From NCBI GenBank assembly GCA_040954595.2, contig CM082583.2, positions 12,872,987-12,936,986 of the forward strand: a stretch of DNA of 64,000 nucleotides, given 5' to 3'. The stretch comes from Balanoglossus misakiensis (lineage: Eukaryota; Animalia; Hemichordata). Position 1 is the first letter of the stretch. Every line of letters begins with the position of its first letter. The notes beneath the pieces are model-generated. The model worked only from the letters and a program-made list of their open reading frames with translations, did no database searches and was not told the origin of the DNA. Position numbers and translations under genes: made by a program. Below, piece after piece: positions 12,269 through 38,010 of this stretch.

Positions 12269-14741
12269 GCTTCTGGACGACAAGTGTCAACTAAACCACA
12301 CCGCAACCAAACGCTAATTATTCAACATCAGCTCCTGTAATTGAAAAGAAAATAATCATGGGCATAGGGCTTATTTTGTCTGCGTTCTGCAGTGTGTAAA
12401 CCCTCTATGTGGGTAGAGATTCTCAATGTGGCCAACTGCGTGAAAACGTGCCTTGGTGTGGTATCAACCGGGAGTAAACATAGTTTTCTCCGGTAATCGC
12501 CTCTTTTTTGCCACTTTCGAAATTTTCGTTTGATTGAAAGCACACCATTACATTGTAAATTGTCTAAGTATTGGTATATAGCTATCAGGGGCGATGTCGA
12601 CAAACTGATTAAAACCCTCGGATAAGTTCACAGTATTTGCATAATCGTCAATGATTGCCGAACACATCACACGCAGAATGCTAATACTGATCTCATAGAA
12701 ATAGGAACAATTAGCTTATTCATATGTACATATTCTGCGACATTGATATGGCGACAGTAAATGACACCAGAAAATATATTGGATCATTGTGCTATTAGGT
12801 CTCTTGACTGACTCAAAATAATTTGCGTAATAAATAATATTTTCTTCCCATGGGACCCGGCAGTGTATCCTGTCCGACTGGAACCCATACTCAAGGCCCA
12901 ATATCGCCAAGCAAAACTATCGACACCCAAAATGACTGAGCCAACTTAGAGTCATTCGTATCAATATCATTTGGTTCATGCACTTTTATGAATTCATAAA
13001 CAATGACACTTTGATTAGTTTGAAGCAGGTAAACCATAAATCTTTGAAATGATTTTTTCTTTTGACTGCGTCGTAAATGTCAAAACAACCGACAGTGTGA
13101 TGTAATCAAAATTCTCAATTATATCTCAGTATAAAGTGTTCTGTAGGGGCTTTTGATCAATATGTTATTAGCGATTCATTAAAGTTTAAAATCAATTTCT
13201 GTTTTCGACGAAGTACAGACGTTCATCAAACTATAGTAACTTTCACTTGTAGACTCAGCTTTAACCTGGTAAAATGCGTAATGTCTACATTTGCATGCGT
13301 ATCACGTCCATATTCTATTCATGAATGAATTGTTTAACTTTAATGGTTTAAATTTTAATTGTTGACCTTGCAACTACAATGAGATAATAGAAATACGTGT
13401 ATGGCCATTTCCGGGTCTAGGCGGCATTTAAATATAACGTCTGGTGATGTAATGTTGGAGTTCCTGGTATACCCTGTAAAATGGCAGTCAGACCGGGGTA
13501 TTGGCAATTGCAGGAACTTCTCTTGTGGGCATTATAAAATGACGGTATGAAATTACAATATGTCAATTCGCCAAGATCATTATTAAGTAGCGCGATTAAT
13601 GGACACTCATCGATTAAGATGTTAAGTGGTTACTAGGCGACTAAGTGAATACAGGAACTTCTGCGTTTTGACCATGTCTTGGTTGTTTCCGGACAACTGA
13701 AATATTTCGGACGTGTCAATAGTGATGTGAATATTTTGGGATTTGTGATAAGACGGTGTCAGAATGAAGAATGATTACCCCTTCAAACCAATCGCTATTC
13801 CCTTGACAGTTCAACTTATTTTCAGGCTCGCAAACATAACAACAATGTGCCAAGTAACCGACCCACCCGTACCCAAAACACAGTTAACACAGAATCAGAG
13901 CAACTATACATTGTTGCCTTAGCAAAACATTGGAAATCGTGGCCAGAGTTTTGAGTGACAGGCTGACTGCCATGTATTTATCGTATTATCGCTTGTGAAC
14001 AATATGCTTATGCCCTCAGGCATATAATTCCATGCATAAATAATTCATACGCGCGGATGAAAACGTCAAAAGGTTTCACTCATACCTCTGTGGTTCATTG
14101 TGTTATTGTTTTTCGCTTGTTCTTTGCGTCTATTTTTGCTTCGTGTCATTGCCATTTATAGTTATGTTCACCGAACATATCACACACCACAGACGCGGCA
14201 TTTCACTACGCTTCTTCATATTAATGCGCCTCTGTTTAATTTCCATTTTCCACGATGGTTCAAGCTATAACGATATCTTGGTTTATGTATACATTCGAAG
14301 GAACTTTTGAGAAAGTGTGAAAGACAATGTGAGTTTGAAATACAGTAATAGACTAATGCAATAACGGGGCCATTTTAATTTAATAGTTTGCGATTTCCTT
14401 GAGACATGGCCGGGGGCACGCACGCGTTCCATTTTCTTTTGGTTCATTGTCCCCTTTACGTGAGCGTTAATGGAATGTTACATATTACATTACAGCAAAA
14501 AGCTAATTAAAGTCAATCAAGTCGATCACACTTACCCAATCAATGGTTTTCCATTTCTCAAATATTGATTGCGGGGGAAACTCTGAAACGTCCACAAATG
14601 AGAAAAAAATGGGTTTTCAATTTAAAGAGGGTTCGCTCTCTTGTTTGCAATGTGGCGCTATTTGCATTGATCGAATCGATATTTAACGTCTAGAAGTGAC
14701 GTCTGAGTTGTAGGTCCCTAGCCTATGGTTTCCTGACTTAC

Positions 14742-14906
14742 CTTGTGTCTGTACGCTTTTCCTCTAGCAGTTTGGTGGTCATTGGCGATCAAGAATCTGA
14801 CCAGGAATGCTGACACTTTGACGACTACGTTAGTGATGACGAGGCTGATACGTCATTTGTTGTTTAGCAGTGGTTGGACTATGGCAGATCTGATTACATT
14901 TTGTTT
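14742..14906 (-). other. Putative 5'-UTR exon of nAChR-A
   Basis: Minus strand: acceptor ttttaaatttaacag at 14907 and strong donor AAG|GTAAGT at 14741. The ATG exon of gene A has a strong acceptor (ttttcttttcaattacag) at 12335, which needs an upstream donor. Confidence 0.4.
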
Positions 14907-17559
14907 CTGTTAAATTTAAAATGAACTTGGTGCTTGGGTCAGGGGCAGCAGTATTCATGAACTCTAACCTATACCTTTACGTTGGGTTCTGTAAATATCC
15001 GCCGTCCATATGGATATTTATGAACCATAAAGTGAAATATGATGTGCTATTTATATTTATACGTCGTGCCTTTCGCGTCAACAAAGCTAATAATACTCGA
15101 CGTACGACTCGTTTACATGCCCTTGAATGTGTGTAATTAAGCAAGAGAATTATCTAACAAAATTTTGCAAAATCTGACCTAAAGCACAAACTGGGATTCA
15201 TATATTCTCATAGCCAACAACACCCCTTGTCTAACCTCACATACCTGTCATTCAGCCTAGAGAATATTGTGCGGCTGTTAACGATCATGAAGCCAGCCAA
15301 GAATCGTGATCGCTGAGGCGGCCGATATGTCAGATATTACTTAGCACTGAATGGAGGCATATTAGATGACAAGGTTGCTTTTAAATTTAAGAGCCTAGGC
15401 CAAGTTCAGGAATCATCAATTTAACAAGTAATTGGTCTATCAACCTTAACACTTGATATTCATCATAGTGGATTTGATTTATACTGGTCAACAGAACCTA
15501 ATTTCACGGTGTCATTGCTTTCTATCTATCATTGTGATGTTTGTCCAAGTAAACAATTTCCGTTCTATACTGGATTTCGGTTTGTTTATATTACTCAACA
15601 CGTGAGAATTTGAGCTTCAACTATTTCATTGTGACAGTGCGACCTTCTGGACAGGAGGGGAATGCTTGTACCATTTGTTGTCATTTAACAACATTCAACA
15701 CCTCATCAGTTACAATTTCCTTTGTCTCCCCACAGAATTCCACCGACTTGTAAATGGTGTCATTTGCATACTTGTTCTAATTGGCGACGACACAGTCAGA
15801 TTACATAACGAGTGGATCACTGTTTGGAGAAAGAGATCAACCTTCAACATCCAAACACAACAAGAAATTTTACACTGCTCACCCGCATGGTATGTTCTTG
15901 CAAGAAATGGCAAAACTTCCACTCTCCTGGTAACAGTGGTAAGTGTACTTGAAAGCTAACACTCCCCCAAGTTGCATTGATTGATTATAATCCAGACGCC
16001 TTGTAACAAACTACACGTTTGTCAAATTGGATGAAATTTTAGTACTGGGACTGCGCGATTATTGCGTTTCCTGCGGAAGAAAGGGAATTGGCGTGTACAA
16101 CTTTTGGTGATTTCGATTCGCTCGCTGTTATAATAAATCTGACGGTACCGCTGAGCTGGTGTTTTGAGATTTACAAAATATAATTAGTTATTCATTACTT
16201 CCATTGGCTTATTTCCGTCTTAAACAAAATGAAACCATACGTTATCCGTGTGGCATATCCTTGCGAAAAGAAACGGAACTAAATTTGCAAGACATATTAC
16301 ATCCTGGTCTAGAGGACAACGCACTGCATGGCCGGGATCACTTACTGTAATTTAATTATTCAAGGATAATTCCCGTTCCGTCAATTAAACACCTATAGGG
16401 TGTTAATTGACGAAATTAGCAACAAACTGTCTTTGTCACATTGACGCTACCCCACTTCTGGTAAAATCGATCGCCGCTCCTGTGTTGTGTTAATCAAGTT
16501 TGGGCACGATTAAATACTCGCGTATTTAGAGCCTTAAGAGCTGTCACTTTTTTTCATTATTTTCATGATTTTACTTTCCACCATAGATTGGTCCATCTAA
16601 ATAACACATGAACATCTTATCGACGCCCGATTGTGGCTGTATATTGCAATTTGAACATAAACAAAAATTTTCTACCACCTCGAAACTAATCCTGGGAGAC
16701 TTGGCTACATTGCGCGTCAAGATGATATAAACAGTTATTGCGGAATGTGGTTATATCACATGACTCTATAAACAACAAAACTATCCGAGAAACTTAATAT
16801 TACACACGAAATTCTGCGTGCACATAACTCCGTGAAAACTGAGAAGCATTTTCTGTAACTGGGGATTATATTTACCTATTATACGCCATACCGGGAACAT
16901 TATCTAACGACTCTGTTGGTGCAATGCTAATAAGAAGTAATATCAAGAGAGTTTGGCACTCTCAGAAGTTCGTGAAATATCTCAAGCTCTTCTCATGATC
17001 TCGGTACTTCTCAAAATGCCGCGGGAACTATTACCAGGACATAAACGTTGTAGCAAATGCATTTGTTTAAATCAAGTCGTGGGGAATGTCAGATGTTTCC
17101 CAAGTGTAACTTATTGAAGTCATTTTGAAAAGACGCATAACAGAATATTTTTTGTGTTTTTTAATATTTTTTCAGCAGCTGTATCTCCGCCGTGGATCAA
17201 ACATCGACGCACCATTTAAATGTAACGTCAAATGTGTCGTGAAAACGAGTAATTTGCCGGATTGTGTACCGGGACGTTTGCTGCTCTTCTTTTTATTATT
17301 CGAAGATGCACTTAGGATCAGATAATTCGTACACTCGAAGCGTTCCCAGGGAGCTATCAACAACAACGACGAACATTCCACGCCCAAGTTTATAGCGGAT
17401 CAGTTAATAAAATCAATTCCCTGCGTGTACCTGCCTCCTGACACCGCGCGCCCATTCCTCTTTCGGTAATTTGCACTATTGATGAATTTATGGATGAGGC
17501 ATCTGATGTGTTACCAACTCGTCATTTTAAAAATATAACATTTCGCAAGCACCGTCGTT

Positions 17560-18045
17560 CACCTACCTCACAGGCGTCGAATTCCCCCATATATGGAGCT
17601 TCTGCGACGCATCCTGCTCATGGGGTCAACAGACACAGAAGCTGTGGCGTAGGCGTCTATATCTTCACACTCTCGAGAAGACGAAAACTCTAAATATGAT
17701 AAACGGCCGTGTCCGGCTTCTACGGAATTTCAAATTGTTTGGCGGAAGTCTGCTTCGCTTTTACGACCGCCCGTCGGCGCATCTCATCCTCCGTGTGCCG
17801 GGAACAGGACTGCGCTGTCGTTTTTAATGACGTCACCGCTTTCTCTATGTCACTGATGGCGGTGTTCAAGCCGACACATCTAGGGTGTGAGAGCAAAACT
17901 TTGATGTGCAGTCGACGTCCAGTTGCAGCGCTGAAGACTGCGCCGCTCCGGTAAACCGTCCGTGCAGGTCGACTCTGCTAAACTGCACCGGATCACCTCT
18001 GCAGAAACGGTTCCCAACCCCTACATATTTTCGTGTAAGGTACGT
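17560..18045. promoter_or_regulatory. Candidate CpG-rich bidirectional promoter with outward-facing non-coding first exons for nAChR-A and nAChR-B
   Basis: Locally GC/CpG-rich. ETS-like GGCGGAAGT at 17741-17749 and a perfect CRE TGACGTCA at 17828-17835. Minus-strand donor GAG|GTAGGT at 17566 and plus-strand donor AAG|GTACGT at 18040. Both ATG-containing exons have upstream splice acceptors. Confidence 0.4.
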
Positions 18046-21000
18046 TATTTTATGAAATACCGTAGAGAATGCAGATATAATTGTACATTTTAGAGGGGTA
18101 AGCTTGGCGCCTTATCATGTAACTGTAAGCTTCGCTTTGTGGTATGATGTTAAAATGTTGTTATTTCCAGTCGTGTAGAGTTGGTATCAATCGTTGGTTT
18201 TGCCACTTCCGGCATTATCTCCGCCGAATTGTGCTTTGTACCTTTTGCTCTTTATTTTCGTACGGCTAGAAATGTTTACACAGTGGCACTAAACATTGAC
18301 GATGCCTTTTTACGTAATTAATAGCGCGTGTAATGCGGTGCTAATTGCGGGCTCTTGATCATACTACATTACATATTTCTCCTTCTATCGTCCAGCGATT
18401 TTCCGTCCGATTACACTTTGTACGTAAATAAATGAATGTAGCTGTGGCCCATAGACCGGGGATATCACGGTCACTGCTCGTAATTCGATGCGTCGGTCTA
18501 GTTCTGGGGAATTTGGGAAGTTCCTGCGTATGTTCAACCCCGCCCTAGTTTTACGAGGCGATGGTTTAATTTGACATTGACATAAAAAGCGCCATGATAT
18601 ATAGATTGGTTTCAATGTTCCCTGCGCGCACCCCCGTGAACCGTGGCATCTGTACAATAGAAGCACAACCGTCAAGTTAACGTTTGCCCCGTGGCACATC
18701 AAAATATCACGCTGACACTGTGCCACTAACAAGCGCCCGACTATGTACATTAAAAAGACTCTATCACTTCCATGAGTAATTAAACGCATTTGAAAGGGCT
18801 GATGGGAAGTGTAAGGTAATAGCAACGCCAGCAGGTTGTGCACGTGCTAAATATGATATGATTATTTATTTTGAAACAGCATGTGGTACAAAAATACCTC
18901 AGCCTTCTACCCTGCACTGGAAAATAACTCTATGGCAAAAACGTCCCGTTTCACTTTGCAAAAAATTCAGTCAACCAATACGGAAATAGAATATTGCGGG
19001 GATAGTCGGAAACTTGTAAGAAAAGACGCGATGCTAAGTTATCTTGCATAGTTTTTGCACAACATGCGCCCATTGACTATATTAGATTACAAATAAATAT
19101 TAATTTCAGGTTGTTCCTTATGGTTTTCATTTAACTGCAAACTGGCGAGAGGACTTTAGTAGTTTCTTCTCTGTATCTCATTTACATATCGAAATCTACA
19201 GCTAAAGGAATGTTGTTATTTCAATAAAACGGAACGGATTGACAATGTTGACTTATCTGACGATAAGCCATTATGTAAGCTCCGTGTTAATTTGATTGAT
19301 TACACTCAACGTCAAAATACATTTTACAAATTAAGTCAGTGTGATATTTTGCGATAGTCACACGGACATTCGAACATAATTAATGGATTTGATGAGATAG
19401 CGTGTCTCACCTATTCTCCGCGGCTGGACGTCCCTCGATGTTTCGGCGCAACAACACGATAAATTTCATTACGTATTCGTGGTGAGTTCCCCCTACAGGA
19501 TCTTAAACAATAAGATTAAATTTGTCACAATTTGCCGCGAGTTTGATGCAAGTCTCAGGAGCGGAACAGACAACACCTCACTGTGTTTGTAAGATAATTG
19601 GAACTTCCGCCTCTTTCATGAAATATTGCTGCCCATTTTATAGGGAAAGTCATCAGCCGGTAACGATCGCACGACACACTAAAAGGAATCTAAATAAAAT
19701 TAATGAAAAGCTGATCCCCAGTTTCTGACGACGCAACTACTGTGTCATTGAAGGCAAAATTAGAAAGTGACATTGCAATTAATAATTAAAAGGAAACATG
19801 GATTCTGAATAACTAATATATTCCTATTGTACGTGGAAGTTATTTTGTCCTTTCGAAAGTACAGCAAATCACTTCCCGGTTATTACACTGACTCGTCCAC
19901 ATCCTGAATGCGATTAACTTGTCTGAACCAATGAAGCACGCATAACTGAGCAATAGCTGTGAGTTATTTGACTGGTTTATGAGTGAAGGGTCGACCTTTA
20001 CATCACACGATAGATAAAAACCCGAATATATAAAAATCCAAATTATCACTCTACGTAAACTTATATAAGCTTTGCTGGATCATGCGCAGATTTCATAAGT
20101 TCTCTCCGGGAGCAGAGAGTGATAGCATTGTCTGAAATATCTTGATTGGTAATTTTTTTCCGTTTTAATAAACAGCATTCAACGTGAAATAATCGCGTTT
20201 ACCCCTGGGGCTGAACACGTGCGTCATCGCGTCTTATTACGGGCAACTTCTCAACTCGTCAGATACAAGTTTTTTGACATTTCGGATACGGTTTGAATGA
20301 TAGCAGTTCCGCGTTACTTCGGTGGATCTGTTTTCCCCGGAGTCTTCAATCGTCGGACATTTTGACGAGATTGAAGGTCCGTCAATCTTCAGGGATTTCC
20401 ACCGAGAAGGATGATCTGCGTTCAGGAAATTAAATACGGAGCGACGATATATCTTCAATGACGTGCGGATAAATTATGACAAGGTATTCGTCATGGATGT
20501 TAAGCATTATTTTTTTGATCCTGCAAAGAATATCTTAAGAGCCTGGCCTAGTTAGATTAGGGTATCTGGGGCACAATAACCTCGATTCTTCCCAGAATGT
20601 TCTATAGTCAGACTTGGAAAAACTTTTTTTCAAAAGTTAAAAATAGTTGCCTTAGAAACGCATAAGCAAGCACCCTCTTGGTGCAATTGGCTTGACAGTG
20701 TAACATCTCTCAAGGGAATCGATATAATTATTATTCACTTGATCGTATTTTCATAAATAAAGGATTTGTAATAAAGAGACTAATTTCCGTCGAGAATTGT
20801 GTTCAGTCGGTGATTTCGTTCACACTTCCTAGAAATCCAAACGGCAATTATCATCATCCCTGGGACTGCAATCATCAGAACACGGTCGTGTCTTTTGGAA
20901 AATGCAAACGTGACTTGATTTTTTTTTCACTTTGTGAACACTTTACTTCAAAGCGCGACTGTAAAATCACAAATGTCTGTAATTCGTTTAGTCCGACCTT

Positions 21001-24000
21001 TTCGAAACAAAGTGAGAAAAATGTCTAGTTTCACTACATATTTTATGAAAGTTAAATGTCCTGGTTATCTTTTATTTATAACATATTCGCGGGCGAGTGG
21101 GCGAGGTCAGCAATTACGGAGACCTTGCACGCATATTATTCGTCGCCAGAGCCGCCACTTTTTATCGTCTGTGTGTGTGGATCGCTTTCAACGCAAGAAA
21201 GAGCAGGTGTTGCGTAGTAAGATTCCGTCATCAAATATTGTCAAGTCTCTGGAGGGACGAGAAACAACACCGACGTCACAATTTTCAATTTGTCTGAGTG
21301 CTTCGTGGGACGTATAAATTCGCACCTGTTCAGATTCACTCTCCATACAAACATTTTAATCGTTTGTTTTTAATTGGACCAGAAATAATACATCTGGTTG
21401 GTACACTTGTTAATGAAGCGCTAATTTGGCTGATAAGTTTTGCACGTGTTTGAAAGCGAGTCCCCGCCGAGTGAACAATAAAAAGTACATGTACTACCAT
21501 AGACTATGGTACTACACGGTTTTGCAAAGATTTTTCACGAGATTTAGTAAAACCTTTCACATGTGTTTAAATACCCCTTGTATCATTTTGCTTTTCCCCC
21601 GAATACCTTCTTCAATAGGAAACTTCATTCTCTCAAAAAAGAGATAGCTGAATGCGCTGACAATGTTTCCCGGCGACCCTACCCACAAATCTGACAGAAA
21701 CTAATTCTCAATGATACAGCACAGCATGAAACAGTTGGCGGCCGCTTCAATCTCTGTCACTGTCATGACAAAAAACATTCAATGTTTTAGCTCGAAAGGA
21801 AACCCCGGTAACAGAACAAAAACTAAACACTGTGGTTATCAAAACAGGGTAAGCAGTGTGAATTCGTGATCGTCGACATTTGAAAGACGACAACAGGTGT
21901 TGATAGCTTTTTGGCAGTGGCTTCATACGTCACAGCACACTTGACCGCTGAAAAGGTTAATTGACATTTGAATATTGGCTTGTCGTTGTAATTTATCTCT
22001 CATGGTCTACATGAAGCTCGTTAATGTGAACTAAATGAGCCCAAGGATACATTACTGCCGGCCGTTCGCATATTTTCCAGGGGCCAAATGTACATGCATG
22101 ATATCAGTTGGTGGACAGGATAGAAGTCCCCAATCCGCCCAGTTCTGTTCAGAAAAGTTAACCCCTTTCAGCGGTCGTGTGTACTTTGACGAATTACCAG
22201 AGATGTGGCGAGGCAGACATAAAGACAAACATGATGTCACCATCCATCAAATGTCAACGTTTGCGAATTCAAGCAATCAAAGTTACCATGGTTTTGAATG
22301 TCCGTGTTTGAGCAATTGTCGGTGTGGCAGTCATAATTTGATGTTTCCTGTTATTTTAACACACCGATTTCGAACTTGGCCAACATCTTAATCAACGTTC
22401 TCTTGGAATTGGAAACATCATCAAACGATAATCCCCGAAGCGGACGTCGGATAACTCTTGATTATTGCCGTGATGTGTGGCGCGTGGTTACTGCATGGTT
22501 GGTTATGGTACAGTGTGATAAGGCGGTATTTAGTTTTGTGCTGTTGCCAGGGTTTCCATATGTCTTGAAAATTGAACGGATCTTGCCGTGGCACTGACAA
22601 AGAATAAAATAACGGCTAATCGTATCAGGCGGTGATATATCCATGGCAACTACAGCATCTCTTGGGTTACAGCGTACTCTGATTTAACAGCAACAGCAAT
22701 TATATGTATACTCATTGGCCAAGAGCACGAATATCTTAGACTTTCCTGCATGGGACGTTCACGGTTGTCGTTCATGCAAAGCACGTTTGGTTAAATCGTC
22801 TTTACTGTGGCCATAGGCCTATACGTTTGGCTGTATGTTGAGCACATTAAACTCCGAGTCACATTAATCAATCAGCACCATGTGTTATCAAACTTTGCTT
22901 CCCTTTGAATAGCCACGTGTGAAGTCATGAATTTACGATGAGTCACGACAAAAAGCAATAAGTATCCGTACAAAAGGACTCATCCTAATGTCAAAAGTCG
23001 GTCTTTCATCTCCGCATTCACTTATTACGCTTCTCGAATTATACTCATGCACACAAATAACGTATTAACCCTTGAGAACTGCAGAAATACAAAGAATGAA
23101 TGCAGAGAACAACATCATAAATGATGTGGACCTGTTAATTAGCTGCATTATGAGCGGAACGAAAACGCTTTGCGGATCTCTGCTGCCGTTGTGCAATAGT
23201 TTGTCGTACCAAAGATTTGACCGCAGATAACTGTTTATATCGTTTTGACAGCTAAAACGTATATGTACCACAAGCAAATACCGTCGAAATGGCTAATCAC
23301 TCTAGTTCAAAGGACCTCCGGCAGGGGAAAAATTGCTCCGGGAACTTCCTTGTAAACTCTTACGGAGGGACGCTTTCCGGCGGCCGGGTTTTAAGGAAAG
23401 GATCCTTACTGATTGCTTTCCTATTACACCATATCCTAGGGGGAAACAAAGCAATCAGAACAACAATTTGTTGATGTCAATGTGTCAGAGAATCCAACAG
23501 AATGGCGCCAAATTTATGAATCCTCTCGATGACACGGTCTTTATATAATAAGATAATGCCAGTTAATGACATAATGCAGTTATTACGACCCCTTTACAGG
23601 CCTTCCTGTTACAGTCGAAAAACACACCGCCGTTACTACCAACAAGTCGCCAACCTTTGAAGAAAGCTATTCGAGCAGACCCTACGGATATGTAATCAAA
23701 TTACAAGAGATTGCTCCACCGTGAAAATCACACACGTGGAAGATTACTTCTCAATTGCTCGTATGGATACGAAATGTTATGTGCCCGGAACTACTTTCAC
23801 CGTGGTGAAACACACTTTTTGACACTACCGTATATGGACCACAGTTTTTAAAATATAACTTTACCAAGTCGCATACAAAATGATTGGCACGATTGAGTAT
23901 TTTTAATTGGGGGTCTAATTTATCAAGGAATTTAATGCGCAGATCATAAGTGAAAGCTAACACCTTTTTTGAAATTTGAATAAGGCGCAGTCGCCAAAAT

Positions 24001-24852
24001 ATGACGTTGTCCAGTCTCTAATTGTACTTCTTCGCCTCAATTAGGTTCGAGACAAATTAAACACAAATGAATCTTACTTATTGCTCGCTGTATGTTCCTC
24101 GCACACAAGTTCGACCTTCTTCGAGAAAATAATGTGTTCCCCTTATGCGGAAAGATACGGTGTCCGCTTCACCGGAAGTAATGACACTGATTTGCTAGGG
24201 CAGATAAAAGATGTCGACTTAAATAAGTTCAATACTTTGAGCCTCGTTCGCCAGGGACCTTATTTTAAACCCATTGCCACGTATGTTTTGATGAAAATTC
24301 TACAATTTCAAGCGTTATTATCCCTTTAATCGATCAGGAGGATCCCACACCATCCGTCGTTTCGTCACAGTGACATTTTACCCCATTAAAGGGTGATTTT
24401 TACTGAGTTAAAGTTTATTTTATTTCACAAAAGTCGCATTCGCGTCAGGGGCTCAGGCATTGCGTGGGCGCCACTTGGCACAGCCGGCGCGGTCTATTTT
24501 GCCGAGAGGGGCGTTGAACTCATTCAGCGGGGAAGATTCTCGGGTGAAATGCAATCGTGGTATCGGAACACATAAAACACATTCCGATTATCCGCAAATT
24601 TCAGGGTGGCTTGACACGAGATCTAAATTTATTCAGTGACAAATTTACGCCAAACTAGGGGGACTCGGCACGTCACTCACACCTATAGTCGGTGACAAGC
24701 AGTCCTGCAGCGCGGTGTGCCCTGTTCACAGTGGTTGATCGGTCAACTCACGCAGCACATCTATTTTTGTTTCCATTCGAAGGTGCTTCACCGGACTGGA
24801 GAACAGCGCCGTTTCTCTGCGTCGACTCGGCCGGATCCGATGGTAGTAGAAG

Positions 24853-36533
<11,681 letters not shown>

Positions 36534-37934
36534 AGGAAAATCACGGTAAAAGTCGTTCATCTTCGTCATTTCTTCAAAACAAAATATATTCCAAAATCTA
36601 GTTTTATGATAACAAATAAATCAAGCGTATCGTGGCCTGCCACTGATCACCAATTACAATAACTGGTAAAAAAAATCAAAAAACGGTAGCTGTGGAAATC
36701 GAAATCCATATCACGTCGCTGAGATAACTTTGGAGTCGATAAAGTGTTTATAGACATCGAATAAGACTTATACGATAGACGTAGATGTTCACTGGTTCAA
36801 TTTACCGGACATTTTCACTGCGTGTGATTTTCTATTCCCAGAAATGTCGAAGAACCTAAACCTTGAAATGTCGATGGAATAATTACATAGAGCGCCTTCG
36901 AACTTGACCTTTTAGCAATATGAAACGCGACAAGTTTGGACTTAGTGATATCAAGCTAAGCTATTTCAGTTTAAAGGTTTTCTGATGATTGGACAGTATA
37001 TAGCAATACGTGGGGTCACGTGGGTAGCCGTAGAGCGATAAGCGATGTGAAATATGTTTTGTTGTATGACGTTATCGTCAACATGTGGCATACGTTCACC
37101 TTTAACCTTTACGAAGAAATAACTTGAACAATGTTGTAGATTATAATTGCGAAGAAAGTAGAAAAATGATTCGCAACAACGAAGTCATCTTCCGATAAAG
37201 TCTAACGTTTGTTTGTACAGGTATGTGAAGTTCCTGGAAATTGTCATAGAAAATGTGCTACGTGAAATACCAGGACTTACTTTAGAAACGGAGTGTTTGT
37301 ATTTCTTCGAATAAACCCATTGTGATATTTGGCAGTTGTATGCAAGTCGTATACTACAATAGTAAAATGCGTAAGATTTTCGTGTTTCGATGATTTCTCA
37401 ACAGGAAATATGTTGTATTCAAAGTTGATCATGTAATGCTCAGTTTGTGTTTCGGTATATTTTAATCAGTATTATTTTACTATACATCTCTGTTTTGGGG
37501 AGATTTTAGCTGAGATTTTTATCATTTACATTTAACCGACATAGAAAAACAACCAAAGAGGATAAAATTATACTGCATGTCTGTAATGAAACCTGACAAT
37601 TGTGGCCACCTATAAAGTAAAATCTGAATTGCCTCTGCACCTATCAAGGATATTGAATTCGTGTACTGACAGTCTGTATGTACCAGTTCCAATTTCTCCT
37701 CGCTGAAAGTAGTGCGTAGTTTGAAAGTCAATCGGTCAAAGAAATTACTAATACATATCACATACACACATTTTATTTATCATAGCAGCTTCCAACAAAA
37801 AAAATTCTGAATTGTAAAGCAGTTGATTGTTTTGAACTGAGATCAGTCATTTTTGCTTTTACTCTTGTGATGCTTTTGAAAATATGATTTCACATTTCTA
37901 ATAAAGATTTCATTTGGAAAAAAATGTTGAGTGC

Positions 37935-38010
37935 GTTTGTAGATTTTCCAAGAGATATAGCACATTAACACTGTCAAAAACGACAAATTCTCGACTTTGA
38001 AAAATTTTGA
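37935..38010 (-). repeat. Partial diverged satellite monomer in inverted orientation at the left edge of the array
   Basis: 37970-37999 ACTGTCAAAAACGACAAATTCTCGACTTTG is identical to 60233-60262. Weaker similarity extends leftwards (tttgtagattttccaagagatatagc vs tttggacatttttcatgggttatagc). Confidence 0.8.

Noticed and set aside
15666-15970. Protein-like, CpG-poor stretch that could be a decayed exon or TE ORF
   Set aside because: Stops occur in the most plausible frame, there is no recognisable motif and no consistent splice sites. A tBLASTx search would be needed.
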